Shown piece after piece: positions 34,755-42,331 of a stretch of DNA of 64,000 nt (within the stretch, counting starts at the first letter, position 1; every line of letters begins with the position of its first letter). Source of the stretch: an uncultured Actinomycetes bacterium (lineage in GTDB: Bacteria > Actinomycetota > Thermoleophilia > Gaiellales > Gaiellaceae). A model generated the notes under the pieces. The model ran no database searches and was not told the origin of the DNA. It saw nothing but the letters and a program-made list of their open reading frames with translations. The position numbers and the translations under genes are program-made. Location of the stretch: positions 2,935-66,934 of the forward strand of contig CAVZIX010000018.1 in assembly GCA_963775395.1 (NCBI GenBank), in the 5' to 3' direction.

Positions 34755-35735
34755 ATGTCCGAGCAGGAACTCACCTTTCTCTTCACCGACATCGAGCGGT
34801 CGACCGCGCTGGTCCGGAGCCTCGGCGCCGACTACTGCGACGTCCTGGCGTCCTCGCGCGTCGACCTCCGCACGGCTGCCGCCGAGCATCGCGGGCGCGA
34901 GATCGAGTGCCGCGCCGACGAGTTCTTCGCCGTTTTCGACTCGGCGCCCGCCGCCGTCGCCGCAGCCCTCGACGCGCAGCGCGCGCTCCTGGCCGAGATC
35001 TGGCCCGACGATGCGGCCGTGCGCGTCCGCATGGGCCTGCACACGGGGAGCGCGATCGACGCCGGCGCCGGCCTGATCGGGCTCGACGTGCACCGCGCCG
35101 CTCGGATCAGTTCGGCCGGCCACGGAGGCCAGGTGCTCCTGTCCGCCCGGACAGCCGCTCTGTCCGAGGTCTCGGTACGCGATCTCGGCTCCTACGAGCT
35201 CGCCGGCCTGCCGGAGGCCGAGCGCGTCTTCCAGCTCGTCGCCGATGGGCTCCCATACGACTTCCCTCCCCTGCGGCGGGCGCGCCGCATCGACGACAGC
35301 CGCCTGCGTGTCGCGCTGGCCGACGACTCGGTGCTCGTGCGCGAAGGCATCGCCGGGCTGCTCGAGGACGCCGGGATGCACGTCGTCTCGCAGGCGGGCG
35401 ACGGCGACGAGCTACTGGAGCAGGTCGCCGCCACGCGCCCCGATGTCGCCGTGGTCGACATCCGCATGCCTCCATCGGGAAGCGACGAGGGCCTGCGCGC
35501 CGCGAAGATCATCCGCAGCCTCTACCCGGGCACGGGCGTCCTGCTGCTCTCGCAGAGCCTCGAGCACGCGTACGCGCGCGAGCTTCTGGAGACCGGCGAG
35601 CAGGGCGTTGGGTACCTCCTCAAGGACCGGATCGCGGACGTGGAGGAGTTCTCGGCGGCGCTCGTCAGGATCGCCGAGGGCGGGATCGTGCTCGACGCGC
35701 AGATCGCGATCGCCTGCGACGGCGTCCGCGCCTAG
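34755..35735 (+). CDS. Class III adenylate/guanylate cyclase domain fused to a C-terminal NarL-type receiver domain (no HTH)
   Basis: The cyclase part contains LTFLFTDIERSTAL...RADEFFAVF...GLHTGSA...GLDVHRAARISSAGHGGQVLLS. The receiver part contains RVALADDSVLVREGIAGLL...PDVAVVDIRMPP...LLLSQ...GYLLKDR. The ORF stops right after ...EGGIVLDAQ. Confidence 0.85.
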   Translation: MSEQELTFLFTDIERSTALVRSLGADYCDVLASSRVDLRTAAAEHRGREIECRADEFFAVFDSAPAAVAAALDAQRALLAEIWPDDAAVRVRMGLHTGSAIDAGAGLIGLDVHRAARISSAGHGGQVLLSARTAALSEVSVRDLGSYELAGLPEAERVFQLVADGLPYDFPPLRRARRIDDSRLRVALADDSVLVREGIAGLLEDAGMHVVSQAGDGDELLEQVAATRPDVAVVDIRMPPSGSDEGLRAAKIIRSLYPGTGVLLLSQSLEHAYARELLETGEQGVGYLLKDRIADVEEFSAALVRIAEGGIVLDAQIAIACDGVRA

Positions 35736-35811
35736 GAGGGTTTGACGGAATGGTGCTCGTCGCCGCGCGGCCCGGCGGCACAGCCACTATTTCGTCAAGC
35801 CCTCCTAGTTC

Positions 35812-35943
35812 TTAGGTCGCCGGCTTCGGCGTGACCAGCCGCAGCAGGCGCTCGAGCGTGGCCGCGTCGAGCTCGCCGCGGTTGCGGGCGAGCGCGGCCA
35901 GGAGCGCGAGCTGCGCGCGGGTTGTCTCCTGCTCGCTCTTCAT
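35812..35943 (-). CDS. Small hypothetical protein (43 aa)
   Basis: MKSEQETTRAQLALLAALARNRGELDAATLERLLRLVTPKPAT has very high GC3 and no clear RBS. It is divergent from iclR. Confidence 0.3.
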   Translation of the reverse strand: MKSEQETTRAQLALLAALARNRGELDAATLERLLRLVTPKPAT

Positions 35944-36026
35944 GCCGCGTCGTTCGTGACGGCGGTCACAGATCCTTTCCGCAGGCTCGGCCGTGCCGGT
36001 TGCGCGATCGGCACATGTGTTGCACA

Positions 36027-36767
36027 ATGCGCAACGTGCAGTCCGCCGACAAGGCGATGGCGATCCTCTCGGCCTTCGACGAGGGCCGTGAGGATCTCGG
36101 CGTGTCCGAGCTTGCTGCCGAGCTGGGGACGCACAAGAGCACCGTCTCGCGGCTGCTCGCCACGCTGGAGCGCCGGGGCCTCGTGCGCCGCGTCGGCGAT
36201 CGGTTTGCGCCCGGACCGGAGCTGGCTCGGCTCGGCGGGCTCGCCGTGCGGGGGATCACACTTGTTGAGGCGGGGCGGCCAACGCTCGAGCGGCTCGCGG
36301 AGCGAACCGGGGAGACCGTCAACCTCGCCGTTCGCGAAGGGGCGCGCGCGCTGAACGTGCTGCAGGTGGACGCCGACCACTTCGTCGGGGTCACCGACTG
36401 GACCGGCCGCGCAGCACCCCTGCATGCGACGGCCAACGGCAAGGCGCTGCTCGCGTTCGGAAGCGAGCAGCTCCCGGGCCGGCTCTCGAAGCTGACGACG
36501 CGCACGATCGTCGACCGCGGCGACCTCCGCGCGGAGCTGGGTCGCGCGCGTACGGCGGGCTTCGCCGTGGCCGTGGAGGAGCTCGAGGTTGGCCTCAACG
36601 CCGTGGCCGCGCCGGTCTTCGACGCGTCCGGCTCCTGTGTGGCCGCGGTGTCGGTCTCCGGGCCCGCCTACAGGCTTCCGGAGCCGAAGCTTCCTGCCGC
36701 GGGTGACCTGTGCGCGGCCGCTGCAGCGGAGATCTCTCGCCGGCTCGGCTACCGGAGGGCTGCCTGA
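36027..36767 (+). CDS. IclR-family transcriptional regulator (first cistron of the grd operon)
   Basis: MRNVQSADKAMAILSAFDEGREDLGVSELAAELGTHKSTVSRLLATLERRGLV is an HTH_IclR domain, followed by an IclR effector domain (...NLAVREG...PLHATANGKALLAF...). ATG at 36015 is an alternative start. Confidence 0.9.
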   Translation: MRNVQSADKAMAILSAFDEGREDLGVSELAAELGTHKSTVSRLLATLERRGLVRRVGDRFAPGPELARLGGLAVRGITLVEAGRPTLERLAERTGETVNLAVREGARALNVLQVDADHFVGVTDWTGRAAPLHATANGKALLAFGSEQLPGRLSKLTTRTIVDRGDLRAELGRARTAGFAVAVEELEVGLNAVAAPVFDASGSCVAAVSVSGPAYRLPEPKLPAAGDLCAAAAAEISRRLGYRRAA

Positions 36768-37948
36768 TGGCCTGGGAGCTCGCGACCTTTCCGGCCGAGC
36801 TGATGGGCGACCTCCCCGGGCTCGACGGTGTCAACGTTGACGTCGTGCGGGCCGGCGATCCGGTGCGCATCACCCACGTGCTCGACGCCGTCGAGCCGCG
36901 CGTGCGCCCCGACGGTCGGGCCGCGTTCCCCACGGACGGCAAGGCCGGCGAGGGCCGGACGAACCGGCTCGACGGGGTGGTCGTCGTCTCCTGCCTCGAT
37001 TTCCCGGCCGAGGAACGCCCGCTCCATGAGCAGGAGGCCGTCATCGACCTCGCGGGGCCCGGGGCCGAGCTCGCGCCGTTCGCGCAGGCGACGAACGTCG
37101 TGCTCACGTTCCGTCCGCGCGACGGTCTGGGCAACGAGGAGCTCGAGGCGTGGGCGCGCACGACGACGCTCGCAGTCGCCGAGGACCTCGCCAGGCCGAC
37201 GCTCGGCGCCGAGCCCGCCGTCGTGGAGCGTTTCGAGCGCGGCCCTGCGGACGCGAGTCTTCCGTCGGTTGCCGCGCTCGTCCAGCTCTCCGACCTCGGA
37301 CCTCTCTACTACCAATACCTCTACGGCGTCCCCGTTGGACAGGCCGGCCTGCCGCGCGCGGTCGACCCGGCCGAGCTCCTCGACGGCGTCCTGACCTGTG
37401 GCGAGTACCACTGGGCAGGGCTCCGAAACCCGACGATCCTCTTCCAGCGCAACGAGCTCGTTCGCACGCTCTACCGCGAGCACGGCCGACGGCTGCGGTT
37501 CGCCGGCGTCGTGCTGATGCGTGGGTACGAGCAGACGGCCGAGGACAAGCAGCGCGCGGCGACGGCGGCCGCTGCAGCGGCCGTCGAGCTCGGAGCGGAC
37601 GGGGCGCTCGTGACCACCGATGCCGGCGGAAACTCGCACACGGACGTGATGCTCACCGTACGGGCGTGCGAGCAGGCGGGCGTGCGGACGACCACGATCG
37701 TCGCCGAGATGGCCGACCCGGGCTCGACGAGCCCTGGGCTCACGGACTGGGTGCCCGAGGCCGACTCGATCGTGTCGGCCGGGAACGCCGAGGAGCTCGT
37801 TCCCGCGTGGACGCCGGAGAGGGTCATCGGCGGTGACACGCTTCTCGACGGGAGCGACGCGCGCGACGCGGGCCCGATCCCGACCCGCAACTACCTCGGG
37901 GCGACCAACCAGATGGGCCAGCACGCGCTGAGGGCGGTCGCCTGGTGA
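36767..37948 (+). CDS. grdE: Glycine/sarcosine/betaine reductase component B proprotein (alpha/beta subunits, GrdE-like)
   Basis: The ATG shares its A with the iclR TGA (TGATG). ...VRAGDPVRITHVLDAVEPRVRPDG... and ...LDGVLTCGEYHW...FAGVVLMRGYEQTAEDKQRAA...LGADGALVTTDAGGNSHTDVML...GVRTT are collinear with clostridial GrdE as I recall it, including the processing Cys (Cys211, 37397-37399). Confidence 0.85.
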   Translation: MAWELATFPAELMGDLPGLDGVNVDVVRAGDPVRITHVLDAVEPRVRPDGRAAFPTDGKAGEGRTNRLDGVVVVSCLDFPAEERPLHEQEAVIDLAGPGAELAPFAQATNVVLTFRPRDGLGNEELEAWARTTTLAVAEDLARPTLGAEPAVVERFERGPADASLPSVAALVQLSDLGPLYYQYLYGVPVGQAGLPRAVDPAELLDGVLTCGEYHWAGLRNPTILFQRNELVRTLYREHGRRLRFAGVVLMRGYEQTAEDKQRAATAAAAAAVELGADGALVTTDAGGNSHTDVMLTVRACEQAGVRTTTIVAEMADPGSTSPGLTDWVPEADSIVSAGNAEELVPAWTPERVIGGDTLLDGSDARDAGPIPTRNYLGATNQMGQHALRAVAW

Positions 37949-39222
37949 GAGCGGTCCACTATCTCAACCAGTTCTTCGCCGGCCTGGGTGGAGAAGAGGC
38001 GGCGGAGACTCCGCCGACGCGCCTGGATGGGGCGGTGGGGCCCGGCCGAGGGCTGGCCGCTGCACTCGAGGGGATCGAGATCGTCGCGACGCTCGCCTGT
38101 GGCGACGACTACTTCGGCGAGCACGAGGACGAGGCCCTCGAGACGCTGCTCGGCCTCCTCGAGGCGGAGCGGCCGGACGTGCTCATCGCCGGCCCGGCCT
38201 TCGGCTCGGGCCGCTACGGCTATGCCTGTGCGCGTTTTTCGCGCATGGCGGCCGAACGGCTCGACATCCCCGCGCTCGCCGCGATGCACGAGGAAAATCC
38301 GGGTGTTGGGGCGACCGACGGCAAGGCGCTCGTCGTCCCCACTGCGGTCAACGTCGCCGGCATGCGGGACGCGCTTCCGCGCATGGCCTCGCTCGCGGAG
38401 GCACTCGCTTCGGGCCGCGAGCTCGGCCCGCCCGACGAGGAGGGGTATCTGCCGCGCGGTTTCCGGCGGAACCGGCTCGACGAGAAGCCCGGCGCCGAGC
38501 GGGCGGTCGAGCTCCTGCTCGCGAAGCTCGCCGGCGAGACCCGCAGCGAGGTGGCATCGGGCTTCGACCGCGTCGAGCCGCCGGCGCCCGTCGAGGACCT
38601 CTCGCAAGCGCTCGTCGCGCTCGTCACCGAGGCGGGGTGCGTGCCGCAGGGAAATCCGGACCGGCTCCCGACGATCCGCGCACAGGGCTGGCTTCGCTAC
38701 TCGCTGGCGGATGAGATGAGCCTCTTGTCCGGCCGGTACGAGTCCGTCCACGGCGGCTTCGACGTCACACTCGCGAACGAGGACCCCAACCGTCTCGTCC
38801 CGCTCGACACGGCCCGGGCCCTCGAGGCCGAGGGCCGGCTTGGCCGGGTCCACGACGCCTTCTACACGACCACCGGCAACGGGACTCCGGTCGCGGCGTC
38901 CACGCAGTTCGGTCGCGAGATCGCTGCGGAGCTCACGGAGGCAGGGGTGCACGCCGTGCTCCTGTCCGGGACCTGAGGGACCGGGACGCGCTGCGGGTCA
39001 GTGCTGGCGAAGGAGATCGAGCGGGCGGGGATTCCGACGGTATTCGTGACCTCGCTTCCGACGATCGCGACGATGATCGGCGCCAACCGCATCGTTCGCG
39101 GGCCCGCGATCACGCATCCGTTCGGGCTCGACGAGGCGGAGCGGCGCAGGATCGTCGAGCGGGCGCTCGAGATGCTCGAGACCGAGGTCGAGCCGGCGAC
39201 CGTGTGGGAGCTGGAGGGGTGA
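37945..39222 (+). CDS. grdB: Glycine/sarcosine/betaine reductase selenoprotein B (GrdB family), Sec encoded by in-frame TGA at 38974
   Basis: The GTG overlaps the grdE stop (GTGA). It begins MRAVHYLNQFFAGLGGEE... and reaches ...AVLLSGT-TGA-GTGTRCGSVLAKEIERAGIPTVFVTSLPTIATMIGANRIVRGPAITHPFG...WELEG*. The frame is open from 38977 to 39222, and ORF-track entries 37945..38976 and 39001..39222 are in the same frame. Confidence 0.88.
38974..38976 (+). other. UGA recoded as selenocysteine (GrdB residue 344)
   Basis: This is the position of the conserved Sec in the T-U-G-T-x-T-R-C-G context of selenoprotein B. The downstream frame is open and homologous. Confidence 0.8.
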
Positions 39223-39229
39223 GCCGCGG

Positions 39230-40564
39230 ATGAGCGCCGGGGCCGCGATCCACGCCTGCTCCATGGTCCTCGCGCACGCGCCGGACCTCGTCAGGCACGG
39301 CTCGAAGCCGACGAGGGAGCTGGCGGCCGACTCCGACGGGCTGCTGGCCTCGCTCTCGGGTGCCTTGCGCAGCTACGACGACGCGCTCGCCTATCCACCC
39401 AACCAGGCGCTGATCGGGAATCTCCGCCCAGAGGCGCTCTGGGAGCTCGAGCGGCCATGGTGGCGGCAGCCGGTCGACCCGCGCAGCGAGGGGCCGTTCG
39501 GCGTGATCGTCGACCAGGCCGAGCTCTACCGGCGCATGCAGGAGGCGGATCACTTCGGGCTCTTCAAGCTCGACGGGACCGCTGCGAGAAACGGCGGTCT
39601 GACGATCAGCGAGGACGGCCGCGATATCGGCTCGATGGCTGGAGCGCACGACGTCGACGAGAGCCTCTCGGCGGCGGTGCTGCTCGAGAACCTCGCCTGC
39701 AAGGCCACGGGCGCGCTCGCGCTCGAGCACGTGCTCCGCATCTCGACGCTCCCTCCGGAAGACGTCCAGTACGTGATCGGGAGCGGGGAGGAGGCCGTCG
39801 GCGACCGCTACCAGCGGGGCGGCGGCAACCTCGCCAAGGCGATCGCCGAGCAGGCAAGGTGCGTGAATGCCTCCGGCAGCGACGTGAAGGCGTTCTGCTG
39901 CGGCCCCGTGCACGCACTCGTCGTTGCCGGAGCTCTGGTCGCGGCCGGCGTCTATCCGCATGTGCTCGTCGTGGCGGGTGGGTCACTGGCCAAGCTGGGG
40001 ATGAAGTTCGCGGGCGCCCTTCGTCATGGCGTGCCGGTGCTCGAGGACGTTCTCGCGGGCTTCGCCGTCGTTGTCGGCCCATCCGGCGACGGAGCGCCTG
40101 AGATCCGCCTCGACGCCGTCGGGCGGCACCGCGTCGGCTCGGGCTCGGCCCAGCAGGCCGTGCTCGAAGATCTGGTCGTCGAGCCGCTCGAGCGGCTCGG
40201 TCGGCGCATCCTCGACGTCGACCGCTACGCGACCGAGCTCCACGATCCGGAGATCACGGAGCCGGCAGGGGCGGGCAACGTCCCGAGCCGCAACTACAAG
40301 CTCATCGGCGCCCTCGCCGTGCGCCGTGGCGAGCTGGCCCGCGAGGAGCTGGACGGGTTCGAGCGCGCTCACGGCCTGCCGGGCTTCTCTCCGACGCAGG
40401 GGCACGTCGCCTCGGCGGTCCCGTGGCTCCCGCACGGCCTCGAGGCGCTGCGGGCGGGCGAGATCGGCTCGACCATGCTGCTCGCGAAGGGCTCGCTCTT
40501 CCTCGGGCGCATGACCGAGCTGGCCGACGGCCTATCGATCCTCGTGGAACCGGGAAAGGAGTAG
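39230..40564 (+). CDS. grdC: Glycine reductase complex component C, beta subunit (thiolase-fold, GrdC-like)
   Basis: ATG lies 12 nt after GGAGG. ...HACSMVLAHAPDLVRHGSKP...YPPNQALIGNLRPE...LENLACKATGALALEHVL...GGGNLAKAIAEQA...SDVKAFCCGPVHALVVAGALVAAG...VVAGGSLAKLGMKF...GNVPSRNYKLIGALAV...GFSPTQGHV...LLAKGSLFLGRMT. This matches GrdC as I remember it and fits the context. Confidence 0.78.
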   Translation: MSAGAAIHACSMVLAHAPDLVRHGSKPTRELAADSDGLLASLSGALRSYDDALAYPPNQALIGNLRPEALWELERPWWRQPVDPRSEGPFGVIVDQAELYRRMQEADHFGLFKLDGTAARNGGLTISEDGRDIGSMAGAHDVDESLSAAVLLENLACKATGALALEHVLRISTLPPEDVQYVIGSGEEAVGDRYQRGGGNLAKAIAEQARCVNASGSDVKAFCCGPVHALVVAGALVAAGVYPHVLVVAGGSLAKLGMKFAGALRHGVPVLEDVLAGFAVVVGPSGDGAPEIRLDAVGRHRVGSGSAQQAVLEDLVVEPLERLGRRILDVDRYATELHDPEITEPAGAGNVPSRNYKLIGALAVRRGELAREELDGFERAHGLPGFSPTQGHVASAVPWLPHGLEALRAGEIGSTMLLAKGSLFLGRMTELADGLSILVEPGKE

Positions 40565-40566
40565 AC

Positions 40567-40896
40567 ATGCCGGTCGACGCGACTGTCGACACCTACCACG
40601 ACCTGACGAGCGACGGCAGCGTCCTCGTGGACTTCTGGGGCCCGCGCTGCCAGCCTTGCCTCGCGATGATGCCCACGATCGCGCAGCTCGAGGAGGAGGC
40701 CGGCGGGGCAGTTCGGGTCGTCAAGGTCAACTCGTCGGAGAACCGCGACATCTGCCGCGAGCTGCGCGTCTTCGGCCTGCCGACGTACGTTCTCATGCAG
40801 AACGGAGAAGAGCTGGAGCGGCTCTCGGGCGAGGTGTCCAAGGGCGACATCGAGCGCGCGTTCGCGACGCTCGCGAAGGGAGGTGAGGCTGCATGA
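40567..40896 (+). CDS. trxA: Thioredoxin-fold protein with C-Q-P-C active site (grd-associated)
   Basis: ATG at 40567 follows [50 protein letters not shown]...VVKVNSSEN...[14 protein letters not shown] has thioredoxin topology, but with CQPC instead of CGPC. Confidence 0.88.
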   Translation: MPVDATVDTYHDLTSDGSVLVDFWGPRCQPCLAMMPTIAQLEEEAGGAVRVVKVNSSENRDICRELRVFGLPTYVLMQNGEELERLSGEVSKGDIERAFATLAKGGEAA

Positions 40897-41357
40897 AGCT
40901 CGACGGCAAGAAGGTGATCGCGCTCGGCGAGCGGGACGGCGTGCCCGGCCCCGCGATTGCCGCGTGCGTCTCCTCGGCGGGAGCCGAGGTCGTCTTCGTC
41001 GAGACGGAGTGTTTCGTCTGAACGGCTGCCGGGGCCATGGACCCGGAGAACCAGGACCGCATCATGGCCCTGGTCGACGAGCACGGCGCGGGCGACCTCG
41101 TGGTCGTCCTCGGCGCAGCCGACCTCGAGTCGCTCGAGGTCGCAGCCGAGACGGTCACGGTGGGAGACCCGGCGTACGTCGGTCCATTGGCAGGAGTCCA
41201 GTTGGGGCTCCCCGTCGTTCACATCCTCGAAGAGGGCGTCAAGGAGCAGGTCGATGCCGGCGTCTACGACGAGCAGGTCGGGCTGCTCGAGATGACCCTG
41301 GACGTCGACCAGGTGCGCGAGGCGGCGAGGAAGTTCCCGGGCCGCGACGGCGGCTAG
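40893..41357 (+). CDS. grdA: Glycine/sarcosine/betaine reductase complex selenoprotein A, Sec encoded by in-frame TGA at 41019
   Basis: The ATG overlaps the trx stop (ATGA). [59 protein letters not shown]...[30 protein letters not shown]...[11 protein letters not shown]. This is the GrdA signature ECFV-U-TAAGAMD. ORF 41037..41357 is the in-frame tail. Confidence 0.92.
41019..41021 (+). other. UGA recoded as selenocysteine (GrdA residue 43)
   Basis: It sits exactly at the U of the invariant CFVUTAAGAMD motif and is in frame with the ATG at 40893 (126 nt). Confidence 0.88.
41029..41046 (+). other. Candidate SECIS-like hairpin downstream of the grdA UGA
   Basis: CCGGG (41029-41033) pairs with CCCGG (41042-41046) around the loop GCCAUGGA, starting 8 nt after the UGA. 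This was folded by eye only. Confidence 0.3.
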
Positions 41358-41532
41358 CCGCGCGGCCCGGGGAGAGGTCGCGCCCGGGTCGGCATCGGGT
41401 GGAGCCCGCCTCGTCCCTGGTCCGACCTTCTATCTCTAGGGGCACCCCGCCCTCCACCCGCTTTCGAGCGTAACGCCGGAATCCGCGCGCGTGGCGCGCG
41501 AAACGTGTCGACAGCGCAACAGGTTCTCCGAT

Positions 41533-42291
41533 TCAGCGCGGCTCGGGGTCCGGCGCGGACTCCTCTTCGGCCATGAACTTGACGAACACGACCGCGAAGG
41601 CGGCGAAGAACACGATCGCCTCACTCACCGCCATCGCGATGCCGGCGATCTGCTGGTCCTCGAGCGGCGTCAGGTCGCGCAGGCGCGGTGCAGCGACGTA
41701 GAAGTCGTAGAGCGGCTCGGTGAGGAGAGCGAGCAGGAGGCCGAGCGGGCTCGCGAAGACGAAGGCGATGAAGATGTAGGCGGCCTTCGCGCCCGACGAG
41801 AGGGCGCGGGGCGCGCTGTGCACCACGGGCCACCAGAGAAAGAAGCCGGTCACGAGATATGTGAGGTGCTCCAGGTGCAGGAGCGCGTGGTGCTCGAGGG
41901 CGGTGTCGTAGGCCGCGGGGATGTGCCACACGACATAGCCGCCGAGCCACAGCGGCAGCGCGATCGCCGGCGCGCTCAGGAGGCGAATCACGCGCACGCG
42001 CGCGAGAGACTCGGCCAGGGACGGCGGGAGGCTGGCGACCAGAAGAAGCGGGATCCACTCGGCGAGCGCGACGTTCTGGACGAGGTGAGCCGTGAGGAGG
42101 TAGTGGAGCGCAAGCGTCCCGAGCGGCGTGACGGACACTGCGAGGAACAGGACGACCGCCGCGACGAAGCATGCCGCCCGGACCCTTGACGGTCGATGCC
42201 TGCGGGCCGCGACCAGATAGGCGGTCGTCAGGACGGCGACGGCGGCGAGCTCGACCCACGCCGTTTGCCAGCTCGACGGCGAGGGCGCCAC
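41533..42291 (-). CDS. Cytochrome c oxidase assembly factor CtaG-like (Caa3_CtaG family) membrane protein
   Basis: 252 aa with a GTG start and about 7 TM segments. ...HLVQNVALAEWIPLLLV...GGYVVWHIPAAYDTALEHHALLHLEHLTYLVTGFFLWWPV... is typical of the family. Confidence 0.75.
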   Translation of the reverse strand: MAPSPSSWQTAWVELAAVAVLTTAYLVAARRHRPSRVRAACFVAAVVLFLAVSVTPLGTLALHYLLTAHLVQNVALAEWIPLLLVASLPPSLAESLARVRVIRLLSAPAIALPLWLGGYVVWHIPAAYDTALEHHALLHLEHLTYLVTGFFLWWPVVHSAPRALSSGAKAAYIFIAFVFASPLGLLLALLTEPLYDFYVAAPRLRDLTPLEDQQIAGIAMAVSEAIVFFAAFAVVFVKFMAEEESAPDPEPR

Positions 42292-42331
42292 GACGCCCCG
42301 AAGGATACGGGCGCGGGCGCCCTGCGCGTGA

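Noticed and set aside
38977-39040. SECIS element for grdB
   Set aside because: I tried to fold the 60 nt after the UGA by eye and found only weak alternatives: GACC/GGUC with mismatches, and CGCUG/UGGCG with wobble pairs. I cannot support specific coordinates, so this needs a proper folding or SECIS search.
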